A stretch of 64,000 bases of DNA from Elusimicrobiota bacterium (GTDB taxonomy: Bacteria; Elusimicrobiota; Elusimicrobia; F11), in NCBI GenBank assembly GCA_044221725.1, contig JBGAON010000001.1, positions 512,001 to 576,000 of the forward strand, read 5' to 3'. Made by a program: the position numbers and the translations under genes. Numbering within the stretch: position 1 is the stretch's first letter; each line of letters starts with the position of its first letter. The notes below the pieces were generated by a model that ran no database searches, was not told the origin of the DNA, and saw only the letters and a program-made list of their open reading frames with translations. Below are positions 20,050 through 29,944 of this stretch, piece after piece.

Positions 20050-20511
20050 TTACGCCGCTTTCTTCCATTCGTAGGTGTCGTCGTCGGCGTCGTATTGACG
20101 GCAGACCTTTTTCACAAATTGCGGGTCGATACCGAAGGCTTTTTGGATTTTTGTTAGCAGGAAAGCTTCTTCTTGGCCCAGTCCGTCCGAGCAGGCCAAC
20201 GCGGCAACCAGCTGAAAGCATTGTTTTTGTAAGTTTGCGTTTAGCGTTTTCTTTGCGACCGCCAAAAGTGATTGAACGCCCTGTTCGGTTAGCATTCCAT
20301 TTTCGCAGGGGAGAGTGTCGTACATTCGCTCGGTAACGTTCCCAAGCACGCGATTGAATTTCGTGGCGTCATACGTCTTGAACACATCGAGCTTTTTCGC
20401 TTCCGTGAGAAGGAAATCATGCTCGGAAAAATTTCCGACACTGTCAGCAGCGATCATTACCGATGCAAGCGCGCAAATGGCTTCCGCTGGTTCTTTGAAT
20501 TCTATGGACAT
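20050..20511 (-). CDS. TerB-family (tellurite-resistance-like) protein
   Basis: VMIAADSVGNFSE and ALACSDGLGQEEAFLLTKIQKAFGI, the duplicated TerB motifs; GGAGG SD. Confidence 0.75.
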   Translation of the reverse strand: MSIEFKEPAEAICALASVMIAADSVGNFSEHDFLLTEAKKLDVFKTYDATKFNRVLGNVTERMYDTLPCENGMLTEQGVQSLLAVAKKTLNANLQKQCFQLVAALACSDGLGQEEAFLLTKIQKAFGIDPQFVKKVCRQYDADDDTYEWKKAA

Positions 20512-20656
20512 GATTCCTCCCGGGGGGCTGGTTAATATTCCTATGTTTAACCAGAATCCCATCCCGTTTCCATAGATTCCTCTCGTTTGCGCACGAATTT
20601 CTTCGTGCGCTGCAACCGAACCGTTATTTCGATTCGATTCGTTGTGTAGGTTTGGA

Positions 20657-21013
20657 TTAACGTCCGCGACCGCGCAAAGAGTGGTCGTACACCGTAACTT
20701 GAGCTTCTTGAACAACCGGGTCCGCACCGCGCGTCAATTTCTTCATTTGAGCGTCCGCGGACTTGGCCGGTTTCTCATTCTTGGCGCGTTCCAAGAACGC
20801 GTGATCGGTGACGCCACGATACGCTTCGGGAATACGCTCTCTTTCTTTCAAATAGTTTTCAGTGATGTTCACCATGCGCGTGTTGTATTCGAGCATGATC
20901 GCGATTTTGTCCGCTTCTCCGACGTTCGCATTTGTTTCTTCGGCGTGAAGCGCCGTGGCGGCGATTAAGGGCAAGGCGGAAGCGACGAGCGTGCGCAGGA
21001 ATTTCTTGTTCAT
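20657..21013 (-). CDS. Small secreted hypothetical protein
   Basis: AGGAGG SD, signal MNKKFLRTLVASALPLIAATALHA. Confidence 0.65.
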   Translation of the reverse strand: MNKKFLRTLVASALPLIAATALHAEETNANVGEADKIAIMLEYNTRMVNITENYLKERERIPEAYRGVTDHAFLERAKNEKPAKSADAQMKKLTRGADPVVQEAQVTVYDHSLRGRGR

Positions 21014-21057
21014 AAGTCCTCCTCTGGTGATTTTCGAGCGTTGATTCCGCATGTTCC

Positions 21058-21091
21058 ATGCAACGCCATCGCCCGGGCAGGAACGGTGCAT
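21058..21091. promoter_or_regulatory. Back-to-back sigma54-like motifs for divergent genes
   Basis: ATGCAACGCCATCGCCCGGGCAGGAACGGTGCAT gives GG-N10-GC on both strands around CCCGGG. Confidence 0.4.
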
Positions 21092-21101
21092 AACCAAAGC
21101 G

Positions 21102-22139
21102 ATGGTCCAGAGAATTGTGAACAACATCAATGGATTCGTTTTTCAGTACAAGCTACTTTCGGTGTTCGTTTCGATGGTGGCATTGTTTGATTTGAGCTTG
21201 GGTTTGAAACCGGTTCGTACCCAACTCATCGAATATTTTTTGCCACCCGTAGAATACGCCACGGTCCCAAGCGAGATCGAAACAACCATTCGCATTCCAA
21301 AACCCGAAGCCGTTCTGCCCCGTGTGCCGAAGGTCCCATCGGTCGTTAAACCGGTTGTTGCTACCGTGGTTGCTCCAAAAGAAACTTTTGCGCGAACGCC
21401 CGCAAAGGGGATTTCAAAACGGATTCATCACACAGTGCTAAAACCAGCGCCGAAGGCCAACTCACCGGTGGTGCCAATAAAAGAAGAGACCGTTTCCAGT
21501 GTTTTGCCGGCGCCAAAAGATTTATCGCGAACCGATTTTGCGGAACCCGCCCGCGTTCGGGTTTCTTCTAAAAACCTGCCGCCCGGCGTGAAGGTTAAGC
21601 AGCTGGAATTTTTGACGCGGGTCGTGTCACCAGGGGAAAAAATTTCCTTTAACTTTAAAGGGACCGGTTTCGATGTTCCGTTCCTACAAATGTTGCGGAT
21701 ATCGACAAGCAACGATGGCGTCGCGTTGAAAGATCTCACTTTGCTGAGTCCGACGGAAGCATCGGGCACCCTCACCGTGACGGCCGATGCGGCCAACGGA
21801 GTGTTCTATCCCGTGTTGGCCGTGCTGGGAACACCGGTATTTCAGTCGAAGGAGCCCTACGTCGTGCTCAAATCGGGCAAAGTGTTGTCCGCGACCGTGA
21901 TTGATTCGTCAAAAAAGAACGCCGGTAAGATTCGCATCGTTACAAATATTTCCGACGATATGTTGAAGCGTTTATCCGTGTTCCAGGTTTGCGACGGAAA
22001 AGAAACGAAACTCAAGCTTTCGGCAAAACTTCCCAATATTGTTGAAGCGCCGCTTCGACCGGAAACAATTAAGAGGCCGTATTATTTTTACGTAACCATC
22101 GATTCGCACGTCATCTGGAAGCTTCCTTCGCAATCGTAA
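21102..22139 (+). CDS. Membrane-anchored protein with Pro/Lys-rich linker and IPT/TIG-like Ig domain
   Basis: N-terminal hydrophobic stretch, Pro-rich linker, VSPGEKISFNFKGTGF...LTVTADAANG. Confidence 0.6.
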   Translation: MVQRIVNNINGFVFQYKLLSVFVSMVALFDLSLGLKPVRTQLIEYFLPPVEYATVPSEIETTIRIPKPEAVLPRVPKVPSVVKPVVATVVAPKETFARTPAKGISKRIHHTVLKPAPKANSPVVPIKEETVSSVLPAPKDLSRTDFAEPARVRVSSKNLPPGVKVKQLEFLTRVVSPGEKISFNFKGTGFDVPFLQMLRISTSNDGVALKDLTLLSPTEASGTLTVTADAANGVFYPVLAVLGTPVFQSKEPYVVLKSGKVLSATVIDSSKKNAGKIRIVTNISDDMLKRLSVFQVCDGKETKLKLSAKLPNIVEAPLRPETIKRPYYFYVTIDSHVIWKLPSQS

Positions 22140-22181
22140 CGCACTTCTTGTTCCGTTGAGATTCCACCTTATACTTGGAGC

Positions 22182-23354
22182 ATGCCAGACGCCTCGACCA
22201 AATCAGCCTCAACGAAACTGTTGCTGGTTTCAGACAACGCGAAAGACAGTCTCACGTTGCGGATGATGCTCGCCGACATCAAAGGGAAACCCTACGACAT
22301 TGTTGAAACAAAGACCGTGAAAGACGGGCTTCAGCTTTTGTCTTCTGTCGGTTTCGGCGCGGTGTTGTTGGACCTCACTATCAAAGGGAACAAAGGGGGC
22401 TTGGCCGCACTGGTGGAGATTGAGAAAGAGAATTCGGCGGTGCCGATTATTATTCTCGCGGGCCGTGAAGATCAAGCTGCCGCGATGGAAGCGGTCACGC
22501 GCGGCGCGCAAGACTATTTGATCAAGGGCCGCTTGGACGCGAACGTGCTGGCGCGCGTGATTCATTACGCGATGGAACGTCACCGCGTCATGCGTGAAAT
22601 GAAACAAAAGAATCAAGAGCTTGCGCGACTGAACGCACTCAAATCCGAATTTGTATCCACCGTGTCGCACGAACTGCGCACGCCGCTCACGGTCATCCTT
22701 TCGTCGTCGAATAACCTGCTCGACGGAGCCGTCGGCGCGTTAAGCGATGACCAAAAGAAATGGGTGAAAAAAATAAATGGCCACGCTCTCCGGCTCCACG
22801 AAATGATAAATGACATTCTCAATCTTTCGAAGTTGCAGTCCGGAAAGGCCGAAATGAATTGTTCCGCTCTCGATGTTGCGGAATTCGTTCGCGAAAAAGT
22901 AGATGGGCTTCTGACGCTTGCGCACGAACGGTCTCTGCGTTTGGGCGTATCGGTGCCGACGACATTGCGATTGCTTTGGGTCGACGCGGCTCGCCTCGAA
23001 CAGGTGCTCACGAATTTGATTGGAAACGCGATCAAGTACACTCCCACCGGAGGCAAGATTACCGTGTCCGTGACAGAAAATTCGGACGCCATGGAGTTCG
23101 CGGTTCAAGACACCGGTCCCGGCGTTGCGCCGGAGCATCGCAATATGATCTTCGAGCGATTTCGACAAATTCGGCAGAAAGATGACCCGGAAAAAGCCAC
23201 GCAAGGCATCGGCTTGGGTCTCGCTATCAGCAAAGAGATCGTCAACCATCACGGAGGAAAAATCTGGGTGGAGAGCGAACCGGGTCAAGGCAGTCGGTTT
23301 GTGTTCACAATCCCGTTTCGGCCGGACGAAGCTCGACCGGCGAAGGCGGCGTAA
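22182..23354 (+). CDS. Cytoplasmic hybrid receiver-histidine kinase
   Basis: N-terminal receiver (LLDLT, GAQDYLIK), SHELRTPL, NAIKYT, DTGPG, GIGLGL. Confidence 0.93.
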   Translation: MPDASTKSASTKLLLVSDNAKDSLTLRMMLADIKGKPYDIVETKTVKDGLQLLSSVGFGAVLLDLTIKGNKGGLAALVEIEKENSAVPIIILAGREDQAAAMEAVTRGAQDYLIKGRLDANVLARVIHYAMERHRVMREMKQKNQELARLNALKSEFVSTVSHELRTPLTVILSSSNNLLDGAVGALSDDQKKWVKKINGHALRLHEMINDILNLSKLQSGKAEMNCSALDVAEFVREKVDGLLTLAHERSLRLGVSVPTTLRLLWVDAARLEQVLTNLIGNAIKYTPTGGKITVSVTENSDAMEFAVQDTGPGVAPEHRNMIFERFRQIRQKDDPEKATQGIGLGLAISKEIVNHHGGKIWVESEPGQGSRFVFTIPFRPDEARPAKAA

Positions 23355-23355
23355 C

Positions 23356-23748
23356 GTGGGACTGTTCAAAGAATCAAAAAAGAGAATTCTCGTTGTGGAA
23401 GACGAGCCGGATATTTCCGATAGCATTCAATTGCGATTGGACATGGCGGGATTCGAGGTATGTCAGGCAAAGGATGGCCAGGAGGCTCTGCGAGTCGCAA
23501 AGTCCGAAAAACCGGACTTAATTCTGCTCGATATTATGATGCCGAAGATGGATGGTTACGAAGTCTGCCGCGTGCTGCGCAGTTCTGAAACAACCAAGCG
23601 CATACCCATTTTGATTTTGACAGCGCTTCAAATGGTCGGCGATGTCGACAAAGCCTTTGAAGTCGGCGCCAACGATTACTTAGGCAAGCCGTTCACGAAC
23701 GAGCGCTTGCTCGCAAAAGTTCAGAAACTGTTGTTCCCTTCGCTCTGA
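23356..23748 (+). CDS. Single-domain response regulator
   Basis: ILVVEDE, LLDIMMPKMDG, GANDYLGKPF; GTG start 2 nt after the kinase stop. Confidence 0.9.
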   Translation: MGLFKESKKRILVVEDEPDISDSIQLRLDMAGFEVCQAKDGQEALRVAKSEKPDLILLDIMMPKMDGYEVCRVLRSSETTKRIPILILTALQMVGDVDKAFEVGANDYLGKPFTNERLLAKVQKLLFPSL

Positions 23749-23763
23749 TATAATTCCGGCCTC

Positions 23764-24294
23764 ATGCTCATCCTTTTTAAATTTTTCGGCGGTATTATTT
23801 CCACGCTCAACAGCGACGATTCTCCAAAACAACTCGGATGCGGTTTCGCGTATGGCGCATTGATCGGTCTTATCCCGCTCAAAGGGCTTTTGCCCCCGGT
23901 TCTCGGTTTTTTGTCCTTCCTTATTAATATCAATCTCGGGTTTGTGGCGCTGGCTGGCATGATCTTTAAGTTGCTTGGATTTCTTGTTGACCCGATTGCG
24001 AATCAAATCGGTTTTGTTTTGCTGACGAAGGTGCCGGCGCTGCACCCGTTCTGGACAAAGCTTTACAACATGCCGATCGTTCCTTACACGCGGTTCAATA
24101 ACACGATTGTGCTGGGAAGTGTGGTGCTGGGTCTGGTTCTATTGGTGCCCAACTATTTCCTTGGAAAACGTCTCGTCGGTTTGTACCGCGCACATTTCCG
24201 CGACAAAGTTGAACAATTCCGCATCATGAAGCTCATTAAGGCGAGCAAGTTTTATCAGTATTACGAAACGTACCGAGGAATCCGAGGCGGATGA
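23764..24294 (+). CDS. TIGR03546-family membrane protein
   Basis: SPKQLGCG...LYNMPIVPYTRFNNTIVLGS; precedes the TIGR03545-like gene. Confidence 0.85.
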   Translation: MLILFKFFGGIISTLNSDDSPKQLGCGFAYGALIGLIPLKGLLPPVLGFLSFLININLGFVALAGMIFKLLGFLVDPIANQIGFVLLTKVPALHPFWTKLYNMPIVPYTRFNNTIVLGSVVLGLVLLVPNYFLGKRLVGLYRAHFRDKVEQFRIMKLIKASKFYQYYETYRGIRGG

Positions 24295-26186
24295 AACAAG
24301 TGTTTTCGTGGATTCGTTGGAAATACGTGGTTCCGCTTACAATTGCGCTGGCGGCCATTATTGTTTTCTTTGTGATATTTTTTGATCCGCTGCTCGCGCG
24401 TGGCATCGAAAAATTTGGCAGTCAAGCAAACGGCGCCAAAATCGATGTCACCGGACTAAAAACAAAATTGTTTGCGGGTCGCATCGCTATCGCGAACGTG
24501 CAGGTCGCGAACCCCGATCGCCCGATGGAAAATCGCGTCGAAGCGGGGCCTCTCGCCTTTCAAATCGATTTGTCGGAACTGATCGGCCGCCGCGTGATCA
24601 TTAACGATGCCACGTTAAAGGGTTTGACGTTCGACACAAAACGGAAGACGTCCGGCGCGTTACCAAAGCGTCTCGCGAACGCAGCCAACAAACAGGAAGA
24701 GCCGAGCGCCGCTCAAAAGCTCGCCGAAAAATACAAAGACCGATTCAAGCTCAATCTCGAAGGAATAAAGGACACTGCCAAAGAGCGCGTTGATTTTGAT
24801 GCGAAGGATTTGGCGATCACCAAGCAATCCGACGCGCTGAAGACGCGCGTGCAAACGTTGCCCGCCGAATGGCAGAAGCGCACGCAAGATTTGAACGTGG
24901 ACGCGCGTCTTAAAAAGGCCGAAGACGATCTGAAATCGATTCGTGAAACACCAACAAAAGGATCCGAAGCAATTACGGCCATCCCGGCGTCGCTAAAGAA
25001 ACTGGAAGGCGTAAAAAAAGATTTGGACGCGTTGAAGCACGATGTTGACGCCGCGAAAAACGACGTGCAGAACCAGTCGAAGGAATTGAAAGCGGGTGTT
25101 GCCGGTCTTGCCGATGCAAAAAAGAAAGACATGGACGACTTGATGGCGCGCTTCAATCTTGATTTTGCGAGCCCCGAGCGGATGGTGGAGGGAATTATTG
25201 GGCCGATGGTTCTCGAGCGGTTCCGAACCGTTTTTCATTATGTTCAACTCGCGCGAAAATACATGCCGTCGAAAAAGGTCAAAGAAGTGTTGCCGCCAAA
25301 GCCGCGCGCTTCCGGAATGGACATCGAATTCCCACATGCCGCTACGCCGCCGACCTTTTGGCTGCAGCAGGCGGCGCTCGAGGGGGCTTACGAGTCGGTT
25401 GCCGCATCGGGGGGAATGTCGAATTTGAGCACGGATCAGGCGCGCGTCGGCAAGCCATTCAAATTAAACTTCTCCGGGCAGCAAAATGCGCAGAAATACA
25501 GCGCGCAAGCGACGTTTGACCACGTGACCGACGTGAACAAAGACAGCGTCGTTTTGGAAGCGACCGGACTTGATATAAAGAAATTGGTTCCGTTAACGGA
25601 CAATGCTGGCGTCGATTTTTCGAACGGAGCGGCCCATGCCGATTTGGCGATAAATTTAATCGGCGACCAAAACATCGGTGGGCAACTCAACCTTGCGTTC
25701 ACGGGCATCACGTTCGATCGGGCTTCGTTGCTTCAAAAAGTTGGTGTGACCGATGCGCCGAATCTCACTGGCGGAGATAAACTAAAAGCGGATTTCATGC
25801 GAAACGTCGCGACCGCCGTGGAAGCGATGAAAAGCGTTTCTGTCACCGGGCAAATTACGGGCACCTGGAGCGATCCGAACTTGAAAATTACCTCGAACAT
25901 GGGGCCGGCGATTGCAGGGGCATTAAAAAATTCGGTTGGAAGTCTCGTCGCTGTTCAACGCCAACAACTCGAGGCAAAACTAAGCTCTGTTCTGGCCGAG
26001 CAACAGAAAAGTTTGAGCGCGAAAATTTCCGGCATCGACGCCGGGGCGAACGGCCAGCTCTCCGGTTATCAAAAGCAAATTGAACAAAAAATTGCGGAAG
26101 CGACCGGCATCAACCTTTCCGGCGGTAACGCCAGTCCTGTGCCGGGGGTAAAAGTGCCGGGCCTCGACAAACTGTTTAAAAAGTAA
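24291..26186 (+). CDS. TIGR03545-family (AsmA-like) protein
   Basis: N-terminal TM, GSQANGAKIDV...VANPDRPMEN, long coiled region, GTWSDPNLKITSN near the C-terminus. Confidence 0.8.
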   Translation: MKQVFSWIRWKYVVPLTIALAAIIVFFVIFFDPLLARGIEKFGSQANGAKIDVTGLKTKLFAGRIAIANVQVANPDRPMENRVEAGPLAFQIDLSELIGRRVIINDATLKGLTFDTKRKTSGALPKRLANAANKQEEPSAAQKLAEKYKDRFKLNLEGIKDTAKERVDFDAKDLAITKQSDALKTRVQTLPAEWQKRTQDLNVDARLKKAEDDLKSIRETPTKGSEAITAIPASLKKLEGVKKDLDALKHDVDAAKNDVQNQSKELKAGVAGLADAKKKDMDDLMARFNLDFASPERMVEGIIGPMVLERFRTVFHYVQLARKYMPSKKVKEVLPPKPRASGMDIEFPHAATPPTFWLQQAALEGAYESVAASGGMSNLSTDQARVGKPFKLNFSGQQNAQKYSAQATFDHVTDVNKDSVVLEATGLDIKKLVPLTDNAGVDFSNGAAHADLAINLIGDQNIGGQLNLAFTGITFDRASLLQKVGVTDAPNLTGGDKLKADFMRNVATAVEAMKSVSVTGQITGTWSDPNLKITSNMGPAIAGALKNSVGSLVAVQRQQLEAKLSSVLAEQQKSLSAKISGIDAGANGQLSGYQKQIEQKIAEATGINLSGGNASPVPGVKVPGLDKLFKK

Positions 26187-26229
26187 ACCTCCCTGGTAAC
26201 ACCATGCTAAGGCCGGTATCCTTAGCTCT

Positions 26230-27420
26230 ATGGAAAAAGCAGCAGCGCCCGCCACCTTTCGTTCAAGCAGTTTGCCTCCCGCGCTTGCAAAGTTGCTTGA
26301 GAACGCGGTCATTAACCGAGCGGTGGAAGTGCTCATTGAACGTGAAGTAACGCACGCGCGCATTCGTCAGCGCATCCGCGGCGTGCTCATTACCGATAAT
26401 CGCAATGCTTTGAGCGCGCTCGACATGAACGAGATTTTTGAGTTTGTCGCGAAACTGGGAGAGCAAAAATCGGAAGACGGGCTTCGCTGGGCCGCTGGTC
26501 AGTTGACGCTATCGATTGCGAAAGACGAGTATTCGTGTCGCTTTTTGCTGAGCGAAACAAAGAACTTTGGTCTGTTAACCATCCATCTCACAAAGAACTC
26601 CGAAAAGGCATTTAATCCGACCGCGTGGGGAATGGGGCCCAATCAGGCAACGATTCTCGAGAATTTTCTCGCTCGTGCGCACGGATTGGTTCTTTTTTGT
26701 GGTACCGAAACCGACGATTTGGCATCGACACTGCAGGCGGTAACCAAACAACTGCTGACGCCCGATCGCCACGTGATAAATGTATCGGCACGCTCGCAGG
26801 CGTGGTTGTCGGCGGTTGAACAACTGGTATCCAATAACAACACCGATTCGTTTACCCGATATTTGAAATTGGCTTTTCGACATGAACCGGATCTCGTCAT
26901 TGCAAATCCGGTGGAGACAAAAGCACACGTGGACATCTGTTTGTCCGAAGCGGTTCGAGGCCGGTTGGTTTTCGCGCAACTCTTTGCCACGGACGCCGCC
27001 GACGCGTTGTTGCAATTTCTCGGCATGGGCGTTGAACCCTATCTCGTTGGTGCGGGCTTGCTTGGAATTGTGGCCCAGCGAACGCTGCGGCTCAACTGCC
27101 AATCGTGCCAAGACAAAGAGGTCGTTCCGCGAGACCGATTGAAAGAACTTAATATTCCGATTGGCATGCAGCCCGCCGCGTTTTTTCACGGAAAGGGCTG
27201 CGAAGCGTGCTTTAAAACCGGTTTCGATCGCGAGACGAGTATTTTTGAAGTGCTCGAGATGTCCGACGAGCTTCGGAACAAATTGCAGCGCGACATGAAA
27301 TCGGAAGCGCTGCGGCAAATCATCAAATCAAACGGTCTCATGACCCTTCGTCAAATGGCGCTTCACAAAGCTATTAACGGACAGACTTCGCTTAGCGAAG
27401 TGCTTCGCGTTACCACTTAG
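26230..27420 (+). CDS. Degenerate PilB/GspE-family secretion ATPase (pseudo-ATPase)
   Basis: PilB C-terminal signatures kept (LGMGVEPYL, AQRTLRLNCQSC, GKGCEACFKTGF, GQTSLSEVLRVT); Walker A/B, Asp and His boxes substituted. Confidence 0.8.
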   Translation: MEKAAAPATFRSSSLPPALAKLLENAVINRAVEVLIEREVTHARIRQRIRGVLITDNRNALSALDMNEIFEFVAKLGEQKSEDGLRWAAGQLTLSIAKDEYSCRFLLSETKNFGLLTIHLTKNSEKAFNPTAWGMGPNQATILENFLARAHGLVLFCGTETDDLASTLQAVTKQLLTPDRHVINVSARSQAWLSAVEQLVSNNNTDSFTRYLKLAFRHEPDLVIANPVETKAHVDICLSEAVRGRLVFAQLFATDAADALLQFLGMGVEPYLVGAGLLGIVAQRTLRLNCQSCQDKEVVPRDRLKELNIPIGMQPAAFFHGKGCEACFKTGFDRETSIFEVLEMSDELRNKLQRDMKSEALRQIIKSNGLMTLRQMALHKAINGQTSLSEVLRVTT

Positions 27421-27464
27421 CGGATATCCTTTATGATCCCGCCCTCCTCTCCCGACTGTACGAT

Positions 27465-28967
27465 GTGGGAGGAAAATGGAAGAATCGGCGTGTGCTTAAA
27501 AACAAGCAACTGACGTTTTTCTTGCTGTTTTCTGCTGTCTTTCTCTCCGTTGGCACTCGCGCGAGTGCCGCCCCCTATTTTTCAAAAGAATCCGGAGTCC
27601 GCATCGCGAGCGGCACGCCGCAGGCAATTGTTTTTTCAACCGCGGGCGCGTACCGAATGTATGTGGTTCGTGATTTTCAAGTTCACACCGCGACGAGTTC
27701 CGATGGGCTTGTGTGGGGCGAAGAATCCGGAATTCGGTTGTCTTCAAATACGAATCCTTCGCTGGGCGTAAGCTCCATCACCGCTTTCTCGGTTCTGCCG
27801 CTCGCCTCCGGAGGCTTTCGATCGATCTATACCGCGCAAGATTCCTCCGGATCTTACCGCGTTTGTTCGGCCACGTCCTCGGATGGAATGTCGTGGGCGA
27901 ACGAACTGAGCACGCCGATTGTTGCCGGTTCGACCGGTGTGTTTATGGGTTCGCCGCGACTCCTCACGGTTCCGGGCGGCGACTGGCGACTGTATCTTGC
28001 GAGAAATACCGACGGTGGTTCAAATCCGATGAATCGCCAGGTGTACACGAGTTTATCGACGGACGAAGGCGTCACGTGGTCATCGCCGACCGTGGTTCTT
28101 GCGTCACAGGTGGGCGAGATTTGTGTCAGCACATTGACGAACGCAAAGGTGCGGATATTTTATTCGGCGCCGCTGACGTCGGACACCACGTACTCGCAGG
28201 TGTTGAGCGGATTATCGTCCAATAGCAGCGGCGATAGTTTTTCGGCGGAGTCCGGCGTGCGGCTTGCCACGGCTGCCGCGAGCGGCAGCATTTCTTTTCC
28301 GCTGGTCGTTCGTTCAACGGAAGCGTTCCGTTGGCGCATGTATTACGCATTCACGGCCGCTGGTTCGTCGACGCCACAGATTTTTAGCGCCCTCACGACC
28401 ACCTGCGACGTGCAATCGTTAACACCCAACGCCGTTAATCGAACGGATCCGGTCGCCGCCTTTACGATTAAGGGGGAAGTGTTTTCTCCGAACGCCACGG
28501 TCAAACTCATTCGCACGGGCCAGAGCGACATTGTCGGAACGTCCGTTTCGCGCACGGACGATCAGACCATTACCGCGACCTTTAACACGATGAATCAGGA
28601 TCTCGGTGCGTGGGCGCTTGTCGTGACAAACGAAGATGGCCTTGGCTCAACGCTCACGAACGCTTTGATAGTGACGTTTGCTGGAGGCGAAGTTGTGCTC
28701 ACGGACAATTTGCTTCGCCCGCTTTCGAACGCGCGCACGCGGATCGATATGAATATTTTTGAGATAGGCCGGTTGCACGTGGCTGTGTACACGTTGCAGG
28801 GGCGGTTGATTCGCACCGTTTTCGATCAAGACGGCACGATTGGAACGAACACAGCGTACTGGGACGGTCGCACCGATGACGGAGCGATTGTGGCCAGTGG
28901 TGTGTATGTTCTGAAAATTTCCGGACCAAAGCTTGATCAGATGGAAAAAGTGGTGGTGATTAAGTGA
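27465..28967 (+). CDS. Secreted Asp-box beta-propeller + IPT/TIG protein with T9SS/FlgD-like CTD (cargo 2)
   Basis: TSSDGLVW, TSSDGMSW, STDEGVTW repeats; C-terminus VYTLQGRLIR...WDGRTDDGAIVASGVY...KVVVIK; start may be GTG 27492. Confidence 0.8.
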   Translation: MGGKWKNRRVLKNKQLTFFLLFSAVFLSVGTRASAAPYFSKESGVRIASGTPQAIVFSTAGAYRMYVVRDFQVHTATSSDGLVWGEESGIRLSSNTNPSLGVSSITAFSVLPLASGGFRSIYTAQDSSGSYRVCSATSSDGMSWANELSTPIVAGSTGVFMGSPRLLTVPGGDWRLYLARNTDGGSNPMNRQVYTSLSTDEGVTWSSPTVVLASQVGEICVSTLTNAKVRIFYSAPLTSDTTYSQVLSGLSSNSSGDSFSAESGVRLATAAASGSISFPLVVRSTEAFRWRMYYAFTAAGSSTPQIFSALTTTCDVQSLTPNAVNRTDPVAAFTIKGEVFSPNATVKLIRTGQSDIVGTSVSRTDDQTITATFNTMNQDLGAWALVVTNEDGLGSTLTNALIVTFAGGEVVLTDNLLRPLSNARTRIDMNIFEIGRLHVAVYTLQGRLIRTVFDQDGTIGTNTAYWDGRTDDGAIVASGVYVLKISGPKLDQMEKVVVIK

Positions 28968-29944
28968 GGCGCGTGTTTCTTGTAGCGGTGGGATCCTGCT
29001 TCGCTGCGTCCCACGTGTGGGCTGCCGCCGGGCTCACGTCCGGCGAAATTTTGCGTCGCACGCTGCCAGCGAAACCGGCGGGGTTTGGGGAAGCCTATGT
29101 CGGAATGTCGGGAGACATCGACAGCATTCAATTTAATCCGGGGGCCATGGCACGGCTTGAACATCCGTCCATTTCAACGACGTATCAGCATGGATTTGTC
29201 GAGGACAATTTCGGTTCACTTGAATATGCGCATCCGCTGCCGTTTGGAAGCGTGTACATGGGTGGCAGCTATTTCGATGCGGGCACGATCGACATCAATC
29301 AATCCGATGGAACTCAAGGAACGCGCCGCGCGGAGCAAGATATGCTGGGCGTGATTGGTGTGGCGGTTGGCAAAAATTTCCCGGTGTCGGCGGGGATTAA
29401 TGGGAAATTTTTTCGCTCGGATCTGGCGGAGACGGCGCAAGCAACCGGTTCGGCCTTGGACGCTGGTGTGCACTGGAGAACGCCTGTTTATGGTCTTGGT
29501 TTTGGTGCGGCCGTCCAGAATGTTGGTTCCGATCTACAATACGAGAACGCAGGAGATCCGCTTCCGCGAACATTCCGGTTTGGGATTTCGTATGTGATGG
29601 ACTTGCAAGAAATGAAAGTTCTTAAAACGTTCCCCTACACGTTTCATGTGCTCGTTGATGGTGTGAATACGAAGGACGAGCAAACCGGTGTTCATGCGGG
29701 ATTGGAAGTGGCGCGACGGCTCGCGATGTTTGACACCGAAGGCAGCGCGGCGTTGCGCGGCGGTTACCGGTCCGACGCGAAAAGCGGCGACGTGGGAATC
29801 GGCTTTGTTATCGGAAACTTCAGCATCGATTACGCTATTCACCTGATCAACGATTTGGATCCATCTCACCGTGTGACGCTCGGTTACCGGTTCCTGCCCA
29901 AAGCAAAAAAATCCTTGGAATCAAAAAGTTTAGGCGGCTTTTAG
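28964..29944 (+). CDS. PorV/FadL-like outer-membrane barrel (barrel 2, no extension)
   Basis: AGFGEAYVGMSGDIDSIQFNPGA; ends IDYAI...SHRVTLGYRF; GTGA overlap with cargo 2. Confidence 0.82.
   Translation: MRRVFLVAVGSCFAASHVWAAAGLTSGEILRRTLPAKPAGFGEAYVGMSGDIDSIQFNPGAMARLEHPSISTTYQHGFVEDNFGSLEYAHPLPFGSVYMGGSYFDAGTIDINQSDGTQGTRRAEQDMLGVIGVAVGKNFPVSAGINGKFFRSDLAETAQATGSALDAGVHWRTPVYGLGFGAAVQNVGSDLQYENAGDPLPRTFRFGISYVMDLQEMKVLKTFPYTFHVLVDGVNTKDEQTGVHAGLEVARRLAMFDTEGSAALRGGYRSDAKSGDVGIGFVIGNFSIDYAIHLINDLDPSHRVTLGYRFLPKAKKSLESKSLGGF

Noticed and set aside
20050..20511. terB as part of a ter defence/stress operon
   Set aside because: No other ter genes are present; it is a solo TerB-like gene.
20528..20610. 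Inverted repeats upstream of terB (CTGGTTAA..TTAACCAG; GCGCACGAA..TTCGTGCGC) as a riboswitch
   Set aside because: No match to a riboswitch consensus I recognise; more likely an operator or terminator, with too little evidence to call.
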